From Dehalococcoidia bacterium (lineage in GTDB: Bacteria > Chloroflexota > Dehalococcoidia > DSTF01 > RBG-16-68-14), in contig JBBEBM010000035.1 in the NCBI GenBank assembly GCA_040882355.1, positions 1 to 64,000 of the forward strand: DNA of 64,000 nucleotides. The letters run 5' to 3'. This document shows, in pieces, positions 29,992 to 39,073 of the stretch; positions within the stretch are counted from its first letter, which is position 1; each line of letters opens with the position of its first letter. The notes beneath the pieces are model-generated. The model had not been told where the DNA came from and did not search any database. It was given only the letters and a program-made list of their open reading frames with translations. The position numbers and the translations under genes were made by a program.

Positions 29992-32718
29992 ATGCCGCTG
30001 GATGACTACGGCCGCAAGCGCGACTTCAAGCGCACACCGGAGCCGGGCCCGCAGCACCGCCCCGGCGAAGGCCCGCTCACCTTCGTCATCCAGAAGCACG
30101 CCGCGCGCCGCCTCCACTACGACTTCCGCCTCGAGCTGGACGGCGTGCTGCTCTCGTGGTCCGTGCCCAAGGGGCCGTCGCTCGATCCCGATGACAAGAA
30201 GCTCGCCGTCATGGTCGAAGACCACCCGCTCGACTACGCCTCGTTCGAGGGCGTCATCCCGAAGGGCGAGTACGGCGCCGGTCAGGTGATCGTCTGGGAC
30301 AACGGCACGTACTCGCCGGACGAGGGCGGCGTCCTCTCCTTCCACGACCGCGCGGAAGCCGAGGAGCGCATGCGCGCCGACCTCGCGAAAGGCAAGCTCT
30401 CGATCACGCTGCGCGGGCACAACCTGCGCGGCTCGTGGACGCTGGTGAAGACCGCGCGCGCCGAACGCGACTGGCTGCTGATCAAGCACAAGGACCAGTT
30501 CGTCGACACGACGCGCGACGTGCTCGACGAAGACGCGTCGGTGATCTCCGGCGTGACGATCGATGACCTGAAGGCCGGCGCAGTGCCCAGGCCGCTCGCG
30601 AAGGAACCGGCGCTTACCGCCGCCGCGCTGCCCGGCGCGAAGAAGGCGAAGTTCCCCGACAAGCTCGCGCCTATGCAGGCGACGCTCGTCGAAGAGCCGT
30701 TCTCTGACCCGGCCTGGCTCTTCGAGCCCAAGCTGGACGGCGTCCGCGCGATCGCGTTCCTGCGCGACGGTGAGGTCCGCCTCCTCTCAAGACGCGGCCT
30801 CGACGCCACGGCCCAATACCCGGCGGTCGCCCAGGAGCTCGCGCAGCTCGCGCTCGGCGAGGCGGTGCTCGACGGGGAGATCGTCGCGCCGGACGAGCAG
30901 GGCCGGCCGTCGTTCCACCGATTGCAGCAACGGCTGAACCTCTCGCGCGAGACCGACATCCGCCGCGCCGAGGCCGAAGTGCCGGTTCTCTACTACGTGT
31001 TCGACCTCCTCTACCACGACGGCTACGACCTGCGCCGCTCGCCGCTGGATGCGCGCAAGTCGCTCCTGAACCGCGTGCTCACGCCGGCGGGCCGCATCCT
31101 CCTGCTCGATCACTTCGACGAGGAGGGGCAGGTCGCTTTCGATGCGGCGACCGCCCTTGGCCTCGAAGGTGTCGTCGCGAAACGGCGCGACAGCGCCTAC
31201 GAGTCGGGCAAACGGTCGCGGAACTGGCTGAAGGTGAAGGGCACGACGAGCGAGGAGTTCGTCGTCGCCGGGTACACGCCGGGGCAGGGGAGCCGCTCGA
31301 CAACCTTCGGCGCGCTTGTCCTCGCCTACTACGACGACGGGCAGCTCGCCTACGCGGGCAACGTCGGCTCCGGCTTCGACGACCGAACGCTCGACGAGCT
31401 CACCCCGCGCCTCGAGGCGATGCGCTCGGACGAGTGCCCGTTCGCCGAGCGCCCTGACGTGCTAGGCGAAGCGACCTGGGTGCGGCCGGAGCTGGTGGCG
31501 GAAGTGAAGTTCGACCAGTGGACGCCGGACGGCCGCCTGCGCGCGCCCGTCTTCCTCCGCTTGCGCGACGACAAGCCTGCGGCTGAGGCGCGGCGCGCGG
31601 ACGTCGTCGTCGCGCCTGCCGCGCAGGCGAAGGCGCACGACGACGCGCCCGCATCGGGCGCTGGCAGCGACATCCAAGACGTGCTGGCGCAGCTCGAGCA
31701 GGCGAAAGAGCGCTGCATGCTCCACGTAGCGAACGAGAAGATCGCGCTCACCAACTTGAGCAAGGAGCTCTGGCCCGCGTTCGAAGACCAGCCGCCGGTC
31801 ACCAAGCGCGAGTTCATCGCCTACCTGGCGCAGGCCGGCCCCTACGCCCTACCGCACCTACGCGACCGCCCGGTCACCCTGGTCCGCTACCCGAACGGCA
31901 TCGCGGGCAAGCACTTCTACCAGAAGCACTGGGACCAGCCGAAGCCGGACTTCGTCGAGACGGTGACGCTCTTCTCATCGCACAACGAGGGCGATCAGGA
32001 GTACCTGCTCTGCAACAACCTGCCGACGCTCATCTGGCTCGGTCAGCTCGCCGACCTGGAGCTGCACGCCGTGCTCGCCCGCGTCGACCCGGAGCCCGAC
32101 GGGCACCACCTGACGACCGACTTCGCCGGCTCGCTCGAGAACACCGAGGGCTCGCTGCTCAACTACCCCGACTTCATCCTCTTCGACCTCGACCCGTACA
32201 TCTACTCGGGCCGCGAAGCGAAGGGCGACGAGCCCGAGCTGAACAAGCAGGGCTTCGCGAAGGCGTGCGAGCTCGCCCTCAGCCTGAAGGACGTCCTCGA
32301 CTCGCTCTCGCTGGCGTCGTTCGTGAAGACGTCGGGCGCCACCGGCCTGCACATCTACGTGCCGATCACGCGCCAGCTCAGCTACTCGGAGGTGCGCGCC
32401 GCCTGCGAGACCGTCGGGCGCTTCCTGGTGCAGGGCCGGCCGAAAGAGGTGACGATGGAGTGGTCGGTCGACAAGCGCACCGGCAAGATCTTCCTCGACT
32501 ACAACCAGAACGTGCGCGGCAAGACGATCGCCGCCGTCTACTCGCCGCGCGCGAAGCCGTGGGCGGGCGTCTCGACGCCGCTGCGCTGGGACGAGCTGGG
32601 CCGCGTCTACCCGACCGACCTCACCATCCGCACCGTCCCCGACCGCCTCGCCAAGACCGGCGACCTCTGGGCCCACATCCTCGACGCGAAGCAGGACCTG
32701 CGGGGGGTGTTGGGGTAG
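29992..32718 (+). CDS. ligD: DNA ligase D (phosphoesterase-ligase-polymerase)
   Basis: FVIQKHAARRLHYDFRLE, EPKLDG, EGVVAK, RYPNG, FDLDP and KTSG motifs. Confidence 0.96.
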   Translation: MPLDDYGRKRDFKRTPEPGPQHRPGEGPLTFVIQKHAARRLHYDFRLELDGVLLSWSVPKGPSLDPDDKKLAVMVEDHPLDYASFEGVIPKGEYGAGQVIVWDNGTYSPDEGGVLSFHDRAEAEERMRADLAKGKLSITLRGHNLRGSWTLVKTARAERDWLLIKHKDQFVDTTRDVLDEDASVISGVTIDDLKAGAVPRPLAKEPALTAAALPGAKKAKFPDKLAPMQATLVEEPFSDPAWLFEPKLDGVRAIAFLRDGEVRLLSRRGLDATAQYPAVAQELAQLALGEAVLDGEIVAPDEQGRPSFHRLQQRLNLSRETDIRRAEAEVPVLYYVFDLLYHDGYDLRRSPLDARKSLLNRVLTPAGRILLLDHFDEEGQVAFDAATALGLEGVVAKRRDSAYESGKRSRNWLKVKGTTSEEFVVAGYTPGQGSRSTTFGALVLAYYDDGQLAYAGNVGSGFDDRTLDELTPRLEAMRSDECPFAERPDVLGEATWVRPELVAEVKFDQWTPDGRLRAPVFLRLRDDKPAAEARRADVVVAPAAQAKAHDDAPASGAGSDIQDVLAQLEQAKERCMLHVANEKIALTNLSKELWPAFEDQPPVTKREFIAYLAQAGPYALPHLRDRPVTLVRYPNGIAGKHFYQKHWDQPKPDFVETVTLFSSHNEGDQEYLLCNNLPTLIWLGQLADLELHAVLARVDPEPDGHHLTTDFAGSLENTEGSLLNYPDFILFDLDPYIYSGREAKGDEPELNKQGFAKACELALSLKDVLDSLSLASFVKTSGATGLHIYVPITRQLSYSEVRAACETVGRFLVQGRPKEVTMEWSVDKRTGKIFLDYNQNVRGKTIAAVYSPRAKPWAGVSTPLRWDELGRVYPTDLTIRTVPDRLAKTGDLWAHILDAKQDLRGVLG

Positions 32719-32740
32719 GTTTCGCGGCGCTTAGCTCGCC

Positions 32741-33151
32741 TCAAGTAGCGATACGAAACTCGGCAGCAGTGATCGGTCGCGCGCCGCGATGCTCCTCGAC
32801 AGCAAGGATGTCGTTGTCTTCGGTGACGATGTAGTCCGCGCGGCCAGCCGCGGCGCACGCGAAGAACTTGTCGTCGTTCGGGTCTCGGCAGATCGACACC
32901 TCGACCTCCGGCTCGACGATTTCGGCCTGCTCGAACAGCCGCAGGACGCGGTCGAGCTGCGGCGGGTCGGCCATCTGAGGGAAGCGTTCCAGCAGGCCCG
33001 GACGGTAGAGGACGGCGACGATCTCTCTGATGATGTCCGGCGAGAGGACGATCACGTACCGGTCCGAGAGATCGAACAGCAAGCGCCCCCATCTACCTTT
33101 GGGGTTGATGAGGGCGCGCACGAAGATGACCGTATCGAGGACGGCCCTCAT
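32741..33151 (-). CDS. PIN domain toxin (VapC-like)
   Basis: AVLDT, RDPNDDKF and IVTEDND motifs; 4-bp overlap with the antitoxin gene. Confidence 0.88.
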   Translation of the reverse strand: MRAVLDTVIFVRALINPKGRWGRLLFDLSDRYVIVLSPDIIREIVAVLYRPGLLERFPQMADPPQLDRVLRLFEQAEIVEPEVEVSICRDPNDDKFFACAAAGRADYIVTEDNDILAVEEHRGARPITAAEFRIAT

Positions 33152-33435
33152 GGAGCTCTCGCTCGGGTCTCCTTCACCGCCTCATCGATGGCCTCGTTGA
33201 CAGCCTTCTCCGTCCGCCCCTTCAGGCTCGTCCGCACCGGGGCGAACTGCTCATAGAGCTCCTTTGCCCACGGAGAGCCAGTCGCTTTCGGCGCGACGCG
33301 CACCGGCTCGATCTCCAGCTTGCCTGCCGAGAGCGTGATAGCGAGCAGGTCCTCTTCCTGCAGGCCGAGTGCCTCGCGCAGATCCTTGGGAATCGTAATC
33401 TGGCCATGCCTCAGTTGCTTCACGATCCTCTTCAT
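33148..33435 (-). CDS. AbrB/MazE family antitoxin
   Basis: GQITIPKDLREALGL motif. Confidence 0.88.
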   Translation of the reverse strand: MKRIVKQLRHGQITIPKDLREALGLQEEDLLAITLSAGKLEIEPVRVAPKATGSPWAKELYEQFAPVRTSLKGRTEKAVNEAIDEAVKETRARAP

Positions 33436-33491
33436 GAATTCTGGATATCACACAATAACGTTTCGTGTCAATCAGACCCTCTCGTGCGAAC

Positions 33492-33521
33492 AGAGAGCCG
33501 GGGCGTAGTGCCCCGGCTCTC
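33492..33521. terminator. hairpin terminator after the LPATG protein gene
   Basis: GAGAGCCGGGGC-N5-GCCCCGGCTCTC. Confidence 0.55.
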
Positions 33522-33546
33522 CTCTATCCGTACCCTGTTGTGCGCG

Positions 33547-34578
33547 TTATGAGCGCCGGCGCATTGCCAGCGAGCCCGTCAGCGCGACCGCGCCCGCAGC
33601 GACGAGCAGCGCGCTCAACCACGCCCAGGAGGTCGAGTCGGGCTCGCCGCCTCCTGTGGCAGGTAGCGCCGCCGGCGAGACGACAACGTCCAGCACAGCG
33701 CTGAAGACGCCGCAGTCCGCCTGCACCTGCACCGTGCCCGCGGTGCTGCCCGCGCTCAACGAGGTGGTCGCCTGGCCGTTTTCGTCGCTCGTCACGGGCC
33801 CCGCGTCGACACTCGCATCGTCGCCCGGCTGCGAGACGATGCTGAACATGCAGTCCTCGCCGACAACTGGGTCGCCGTTCTCATCGGCCACGGTCGCTGT
33901 GACATCGACCTCTTCTCCGACCTCGACGTCATCGTCGGAGACCTCCACGTCCACGCCGCCCTCACCGCCGGGCTGCTCGGTCGCCGTTGGGCTCGGCGTC
34001 TCTTCGGCTTCCTCCCAGACCTTCGTCGCCGAGACGCACAGGGTCGCGCCCACCGTCGCTATGACCGGTCCGGCCTCCTCAAGCGATACCTTGAGTTGGT
34101 CGCAGCCCTCGAAGAACCCGGCGCACTTCTCCGGAATCGAGATGCACTTCTCGGCGAACCCCTGCAGGTACGCCTCGGCATCGCCGCAGTCCAGGCAAGC
34201 GAGCGCCCCAATGATGTCGGTGCCAGCGCCGCCGTCCCCGGTATAGGTGAGGCCAAGCTCGCCGTTCGAGTCCGTGAAACCGACGACGTTCTCGCCCGCG
34301 TTCGGCCCGTCTGCAACGAGAATCAGCGTGCCGACTTCCACGAGCGGCTCGCTGTCCCCGGTGACCTCGGCAGTGACCGTGTGATCGCTGCCGACGGGGT
34401 TCGTGTCCTCGGCCGGGTCCAGGGTGAGGCAGAACTCGCCCTTGGCGACAAGGCAGGGCTGTCCGGCTTGGGCGGTCCCGGAGTCCCCCATCGCGAACAT
34501 CGCGACGACGAGCGCCGGGACGATGAGCAGTGCGAGCGTGAGTGTCCGCGCGCGCCCCGTGTGTAGTGCGCCTATCAT
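33547..34578 (-). CDS. secreted Ig-like (Big_1-type) protein with LPATG sorting signal
   Basis: Signal peptide; TD.NG-type Ig repeats; Cys-rich insert; LPATG, TM segment and RRRS tail. Confidence 0.8.
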   Translation of the reverse strand: MIGALHTGRARTLTLALLIVPALVVAMFAMGDSGTAQAGQPCLVAKGEFCLTLDPAEDTNPVGSDHTVTAEVTGDSEPLVEVGTLILVADGPNAGENVVGFTDSNGELGLTYTGDGGAGTDIIGALACLDCGDAEAYLQGFAEKCISIPEKCAGFFEGCDQLKVSLEEAGPVIATVGATLCVSATKVWEEAEETPSPTATEQPGGEGGVDVEVSDDDVEVGEEVDVTATVADENGDPVVGEDCMFSIVSQPGDDASVDAGPVTSDENGQATTSLSAGSTAGTVQVQADCGVFSAVLDVVVSPAALPATGGGEPDSTSWAWLSALLVAAGAVALTGSLAMRRRS

Positions 34579-34765
34579 GTGCGCCTCCTTTCGCTGTTCG
34601 ACTCGTCCTTGACTCTCGCAATACGATAGCCCGATTACGCAGTTCAGTCAAGCTGCGATAGCAACCAGAGCGGGTTATCCACAGTCTCCTGGCGCTATCG
34701 CCACCCGCCATCGAGGGTTCGTCTCGCACCTTCCGCCGTTGACCGCTGCCGGGTAAGCTTGGCGC

Positions 34766-35797
34766 GTGACCACGACGACTGCCCCGCGCCAGGAACCGGA
34801 ACTGACGACGCCCGTGCTGCTCTGCGGCCCGGATGGCCACCTGAATCCTCAGGCGATCGGTTGGTCGCGCCATCCGCTGCACACCTGTAATCTGCCACCG
34901 TCGCTCGAACGCAAGAAGAAGTGGAACTACTGGGCCGTGACAAGTGACGATGTGCTCTTCTCAGCGACGATCGCCGACGTCGAGCGACTGCAGCTTGGCG
35001 GTGTGTACGTGTTCGACCGCAGAACGCGTCGCCACATCGAGAAGGCCGTAATCCAGCCGGCCAACACGATCGCGGTCCCGGAGAGCGTCGCCGGTAATCT
35101 GGTTATCGACCATCCAGACATGCGCGTTGCGTTGACCGACGAAGGCTCCGGAACACGGATCCGCGTCCAGGCCGACGACTTCGGCGGCAGCCGCCTCGAC
35201 GCCGACATCGTGGTCGAGCGGCCGCGGGGCCATGAGACGATGAACGTCGTCATCCCGTGGACGGACGTGCAGTTCCAGTACACGTCGAAGCAGAACACGC
35301 TGCCTGCATCCGGCTCCGTGCAGCTCGGCGGCGAGCGGCTCAAGTTCGCAGCACCCTCGTTCGCGTGCCTCGACTACGGTCGAGGCGTTTGGCCCGAACA
35401 CACCGTTTGGAACTGGGGCTCGGCGTCGGCCGTGCAGGGTGGACGCACGGTCGGCCTGAACCTCGGCGGTCGCTGGACGGATGGAACAGGCATGACCGAG
35501 AACGGGATCTGTGTCGATGGCCGGCTGACGAAGATCAGCGAGGACTTGGCCTTCGAGTACGACCGCGCTGCCATGATGAAGCCCTGGCGCGTGCGCGGCG
35601 CCGCGACGGACAGCATCGACCTGCGCTTCGCACCGGAGTTCGAGCGCGTCTCGGAGACCGGCCGCCGCGACAGCTACTTCACAGACGCGCGCCAGGTGTT
35701 CGGCTGCTATTCGGGATACGTGACCACGGACGCTGGCGAGCGCCTCGAGCTGCGCGACATGTTCGGCTGGATCGAAGACCACGAGGCGCGTTGGTAG
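34766..35797 (+). CDS. DUF2804-like protein
   Basis: LNPQAIGWSRHP, KKWNYW, DYGRGVW, WNW, GLNLG and TEN motifs. Confidence 0.8.
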   Translation: MTTTTAPRQEPELTTPVLLCGPDGHLNPQAIGWSRHPLHTCNLPPSLERKKKWNYWAVTSDDVLFSATIADVERLQLGGVYVFDRRTRRHIEKAVIQPANTIAVPESVAGNLVIDHPDMRVALTDEGSGTRIRVQADDFGGSRLDADIVVERPRGHETMNVVIPWTDVQFQYTSKQNTLPASGSVQLGGERLKFAAPSFACLDYGRGVWPEHTVWNWGSASAVQGGRTVGLNLGGRWTDGTGMTENGICVDGRLTKISEDLAFEYDRAAMMKPWRVRGAATDSIDLRFAPEFERVSETGRRDSYFTDARQVFGCYSGYVTTDAGERLELRDMFGWIEDHEARW

Positions 35798-35850
35798 CTG
35801 CTGCCACCGATCCGCCCGGCGCGCTCCCACGCCGACACGCGATGCCTAGC

Positions 35851-35927
35851 TGGTGGGCGATGCAGGACTCGAACCTGCGACCTTCTGTGTGTAAAACAGA
35901 CGCTCTAGCCATCTGAGCTAATCGCCC
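35851..35927 (-). tRNA. tRNA-Val(TAC)
   Basis: Reverse complement: GGGCGATTAGCTCAG...TCTGT-TT-TAC-AC-ACAGA...GGTTCGAGTCC...ATCGCCCACCA. Confidence 0.95.
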
Positions 35928-36008
35928 ACTCGTGGATCGTATCGGATTCCAGGCCGCCCGCAACAGGCACACGCGACGCTCGAAGCTGGCCACCGCGTCC
36001 GCCGACGA

Positions 36009-37211
36009 TCAGCCTCGCGCCAGCTTCACCAGCGTGCGTCCGACGCGCGCCAGGCTCTCCAGGTTGTGCACCGGCAGGAATTCGTCGACGTAGGGGAGGG
36101 CGGCGGCCATGCCCTGCGCCACGGGGCGGTAGTCGTCGGCGCCTAGCAGCGGGTTCAGCCACAGCACCCGGAACGCCCGCCGCCGCAGCGCCGCCATCTC
36201 CCGTCTGAGCTGCGCGACGTCGCCGCGGTCCCAGCCGTCGCTGATCACGACAACGACCGTCCGCGGCCCGAGCCGTTCCTTCGCGTAGCGACGGTTGAAG
36301 TCGGCCAGGCAGGCGCCGATGCGTGTCCCGCCCGACCAGCCCTCCACCTGCCGGCCCACCATCGCCAGCGCTTCGTCAAAGGTGCGCGCGCGCAGCATCG
36401 GCGTCACCTCGTAAAGGCGCGTGCTGAACACGAAGGTGCTCACGCCGCGCAGCTCCGTCTGCAGGCCGAAGAGGAACTGCGCCATGAAGCGCGAGTACAC
36501 GTCCATAGAGCCGCTCACGTCGCAAAGCAGCACCAGCCGCAGGCGGCGCACCTTACGCCGTCGATACGCCAGGCGCAGCACCTCGCCACCGCGACGCGCG
36601 GCCAGGCGCAGGCTGCGCCGCAGGTCGATCTCCGCGCCGGACGAGGCTGACCGGCGCCGCCGTGTCGTCGCCGTCGCCAGTTTCGGCGCGAGCCGGCGCA
36701 GGTAGCGCCGCGCCTCGCGCACCTCGTCGTCGCGGAACGTCGCGAAGTCCTTCCGCAAGAGAGCGTCCTCGCCGCTGTAGGTGCGCGGCGGCGTCTCGGA
36801 CGGCGGCGCGCCCCCGGCGTCCTCGCGCGCGTACGCGATGTTCACGATCTCGGCCGTCCCCAGGCGCGTCTCGCCCCCGGCGAGTCGGGGCGGCTCCGGG
36901 CGCGTCGGGTCGTCTTCCTCGTCGCGGGGCAGCCGCCAGAAGCGGTCGAACAGCACGTCGAAGACCGCCCGGTCCTCGACGCGCGTCAGCAGGTTCGCGG
37001 CGAGCGCCTGGCGAAAGTCGTCGCGGCGAGCGACGTCGATCACGTCGACGCTGCGGGCGGCGCCCAGGAGCTGGGTCGTCGTGACGTCGACCTCGCCCGC
37101 CTTGAGCAACGCCGCGAACTGCACCAGGTTCGCGCCCAGCGCGCCGTGCCGCGTCGCGAGCTGCTCCAGCACGCGCTGGAGGGCAGACTGATCGTCGTCG
37201 TTAGGTGTCAC
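36009..37211 (-). CDS. VWA domain protein, CoxE-like
   Basis: DVSGSM, FSTRL, WSGGTRIG, SDGWD and WLNPL motifs. Confidence 0.9.
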   Translation of the reverse strand: MTPNDDDQSALQRVLEQLATRHGALGANLVQFAALLKAGEVDVTTTQLLGAARSVDVIDVARRDDFRQALAANLLTRVEDRAVFDVLFDRFWRLPRDEEDDPTRPEPPRLAGGETRLGTAEIVNIAYAREDAGGAPPSETPPRTYSGEDALLRKDFATFRDDEVREARRYLRRLAPKLATATTRRRRSASSGAEIDLRRSLRLAARRGGEVLRLAYRRRKVRRLRLVLLCDVSGSMDVYSRFMAQFLFGLQTELRGVSTFVFSTRLYEVTPMLRARTFDEALAMVGRQVEGWSGGTRIGACLADFNRRYAKERLGPRTVVVVISDGWDRGDVAQLRREMAALRRRAFRVLWLNPLLGADDYRPVAQGMAAALPYVDEFLPVHNLESLARVGRTLVKLARG

Positions 37212-37230
37212 GTCCTGCCTCGGTGCATCT

Positions 37231-37626
37231 TGTCATTCTGAGCGACGCGAAGAATCTTTCGGCTCCTCGTACCACCCATCCGCCAGATCCTGCCATTGCG
37301 GATTGTCTGATTCGATCAGAGCAACCTTCTTGCTTCTCAGCCAGCCCTTGATCTGCGTCTCGCGCTGAATCGCCTCGCTAATGTCGGTAGTCGTCTCCAT
37401 ATATACAAGCCGCGTGATGTTGAACTTATTCGTGAACCCGTCGTGGAGCTTCGTCTTGTGCTCGAAGACACGTCGTTCCAGATTGTTGGTAACACCCGTG
37501 TAGTCATCTTCGCTTCGTTGGCCATGATGTACACGTAGTAGTGGCGGGTGCGCACCATCGTCCTTGTCCTTACGGTTCGTGAGGATGGAGGGCACTGAAA
37601 GATGCTTCGCTACGCTCAGCATGACA
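37231..37626. mobile_element. candidate mini-element: GIY-YIG gene bounded by 27-nt inverted hairpin repeats
   Basis: Left 37231-37257 TGTCATTCTGAGCGACGCGAAGAATCT; right 37600-37626, reverse complement TGTCATGCTGAGCGTAGCGAAGCATCT (23/27 identical). Mobility is inferred. Confidence 0.55.
37233..37558 (-). pseudogene. GIY-YIG nuclease, frameshifted near 37503
   Basis: YYVYIMAN in one frame and YTGVTNNLERRVFEHK...AIQRETQIKGW in another; a single inserted base restores the frame. Confidence 0.8.
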
Positions 37627-37663
37627 TATTGGGAGCCTGGCTCGCGCGCCGCCAGCCGCTGAG

Positions 37664-37708
37664 CTTCGCAGAGCCGGTTCCTGAGCGAAGCGAAGGGCTC
37701 AGAATGAC
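37664..37708. repeat. nested copy of the same GTCA-type repeat
   Basis: CTTCGCAGAGCCGG[TTCCTGAGCGAAGCGAAGG]GCTCAGAATGAC. Confidence 0.7.
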
Positions 37709-37742
37709 GGGAAAACCGCCTCCCGCGTCATCACGAGTCCAA

Positions 37743-38636
37743 CTACGTACTCGCCAGGAACGCGTTCACAACGCCCGCCAGCTCCTCGCCCTTGTCCTCC
37801 TGCAAGAAGTGCCCTCCGCCGGCGATCGTCGTGTGCGCCATCCCCTTCGTGCCGGGCACCTCGGCCAGGAAAACGCGATCGGCGCCCTGCGTGATCGGGT
37901 CGGAGTCGCTGAAGGCGCACAGGAACGGCTTTTCCCACCGACGCAGCACGTCCCAGGCCCGCCGGTTCGCCTCCGACGCCGGGTCGTCCGGGCTCGTCGG
38001 CACGAGCGTAGGGAACTGGCGCGCGCCCGCCTTGTACGTGTCGTCCGGGAAGGGAGCATCGTACGCGGCGACGACGTCGTCCGGCAGCTCGGTGGCCGTG
38101 CCCCCCTGGATGATCCGTCCGATGTAGAAGGCCGGCGCCTCCTGCGAGAAGCGCTGCCATCGCAGGAACGCCTCGCCGGGCGGGCGGTCGCCCGTGGGGA
38201 GGAACGTGTTAGCCGCAACGATGCGCGCGAAGCGCTCCTCGTGCTCGGCGGCGACCCGCAGCCCGATCAGCCCGCCCCAGTCCTGGCAGACGAGCGTGAC
38301 GTTGCGCAGGTCGAGCGCCTCCACGAGCGCCGCTGTCCACTCGACGTGGCGCTGGTACGTGTAGTCCTCACGGCTCGCCGGCTTGTCGGAGCGGCCGAAG
38401 CCGATCAGGTCGGGCGCGACGCAGCGATGCCCCGCGCCCGTGAGCACCGGGATCATCTTGCGGTAGAGGTAGCACCAGGACGGCTCGCCGTGCAGCAGCA
38501 GCACCGGATCGGCGTCGGGCGGTCCTTCGTCGACGTAGTGCATGCGCAGCCCGTCGGCTACGTCGACGTAGTGCGGGGCGAACGCGTAGCCCGGCAGGCC
38601 CTCGAAGCGATCGTCTGGTGTGCGGAGGATGTCCAT
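37743..38636 (-). CDS. haloalkane dehalogenase
   Basis: MDILRTPDDRF, HGEPSW, PDLIGFGRSDKP, QDWGG and HFLQED motifs. Confidence 0.92.
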   Translation of the reverse strand: MDILRTPDDRFEGLPGYAFAPHYVDVADGLRMHYVDEGPPDADPVLLLHGEPSWCYLYRKMIPVLTGAGHRCVAPDLIGFGRSDKPASREDYTYQRHVEWTAALVEALDLRNVTLVCQDWGGLIGLRVAAEHEERFARIVAANTFLPTGDRPPGEAFLRWQRFSQEAPAFYIGRIIQGGTATELPDDVVAAYDAPFPDDTYKAGARQFPTLVPTSPDDPASEANRRAWDVLRRWEKPFLCAFSDSDPITQGADRVFLAEVPGTKGMAHTTIAGGGHFLQEDKGEELAGVVNAFLAST

Positions 38637-39073
38637 GCTCTCCCCTGTCCTTTCCTATCCTGTCCTATCTTGTCCTTGGCCCCAGATTACAGCCGCGAGA
38701 TGACCGCATTAGCCGTAGGATGCCTCGTCCACCCCTGGCGGGCTCGGCATGACAAGGCGGGCGCGACCCGCCCAAGGAGTTGGCATCGCCGCACCATCCT
38801 ATCGGGTCATCGTGAGGGGCGAAAGACCGGATTGTAGCCGAGCGTTTCGTGTCATTACGTTTGGCAGAATCGCGTTTTTCGGCATGTCACCGCGTTCTCC
38901 CTCTGACGGCGCGAAGCTGGCGCCAGCGACCGGGGGCCACGGATCCCATGCCGCCTTGTCGAGGTCAGGGTAGGGCCGGGGCGGGATAGCGCGTAGGGGG
39001 CTGCGGCACGGTTTCGAAGGGCGACGGCCGAGCCCTCGGGGCTAGGCGCTGTCCTTCACTGTCCGTCCGCGTC

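Noticed and set aside
34675..34683. Perfect DnaA box TTATCCACA as oriC
   Set aside because: Single copy with no AT-rich unwinding region; at most a regulatory site or a chance match.
35851..35927. tRNA-Val (and tRNA-Met) as an integration site
   Set aside because: No duplicated tRNA 3' end and no integrase seen in the window.
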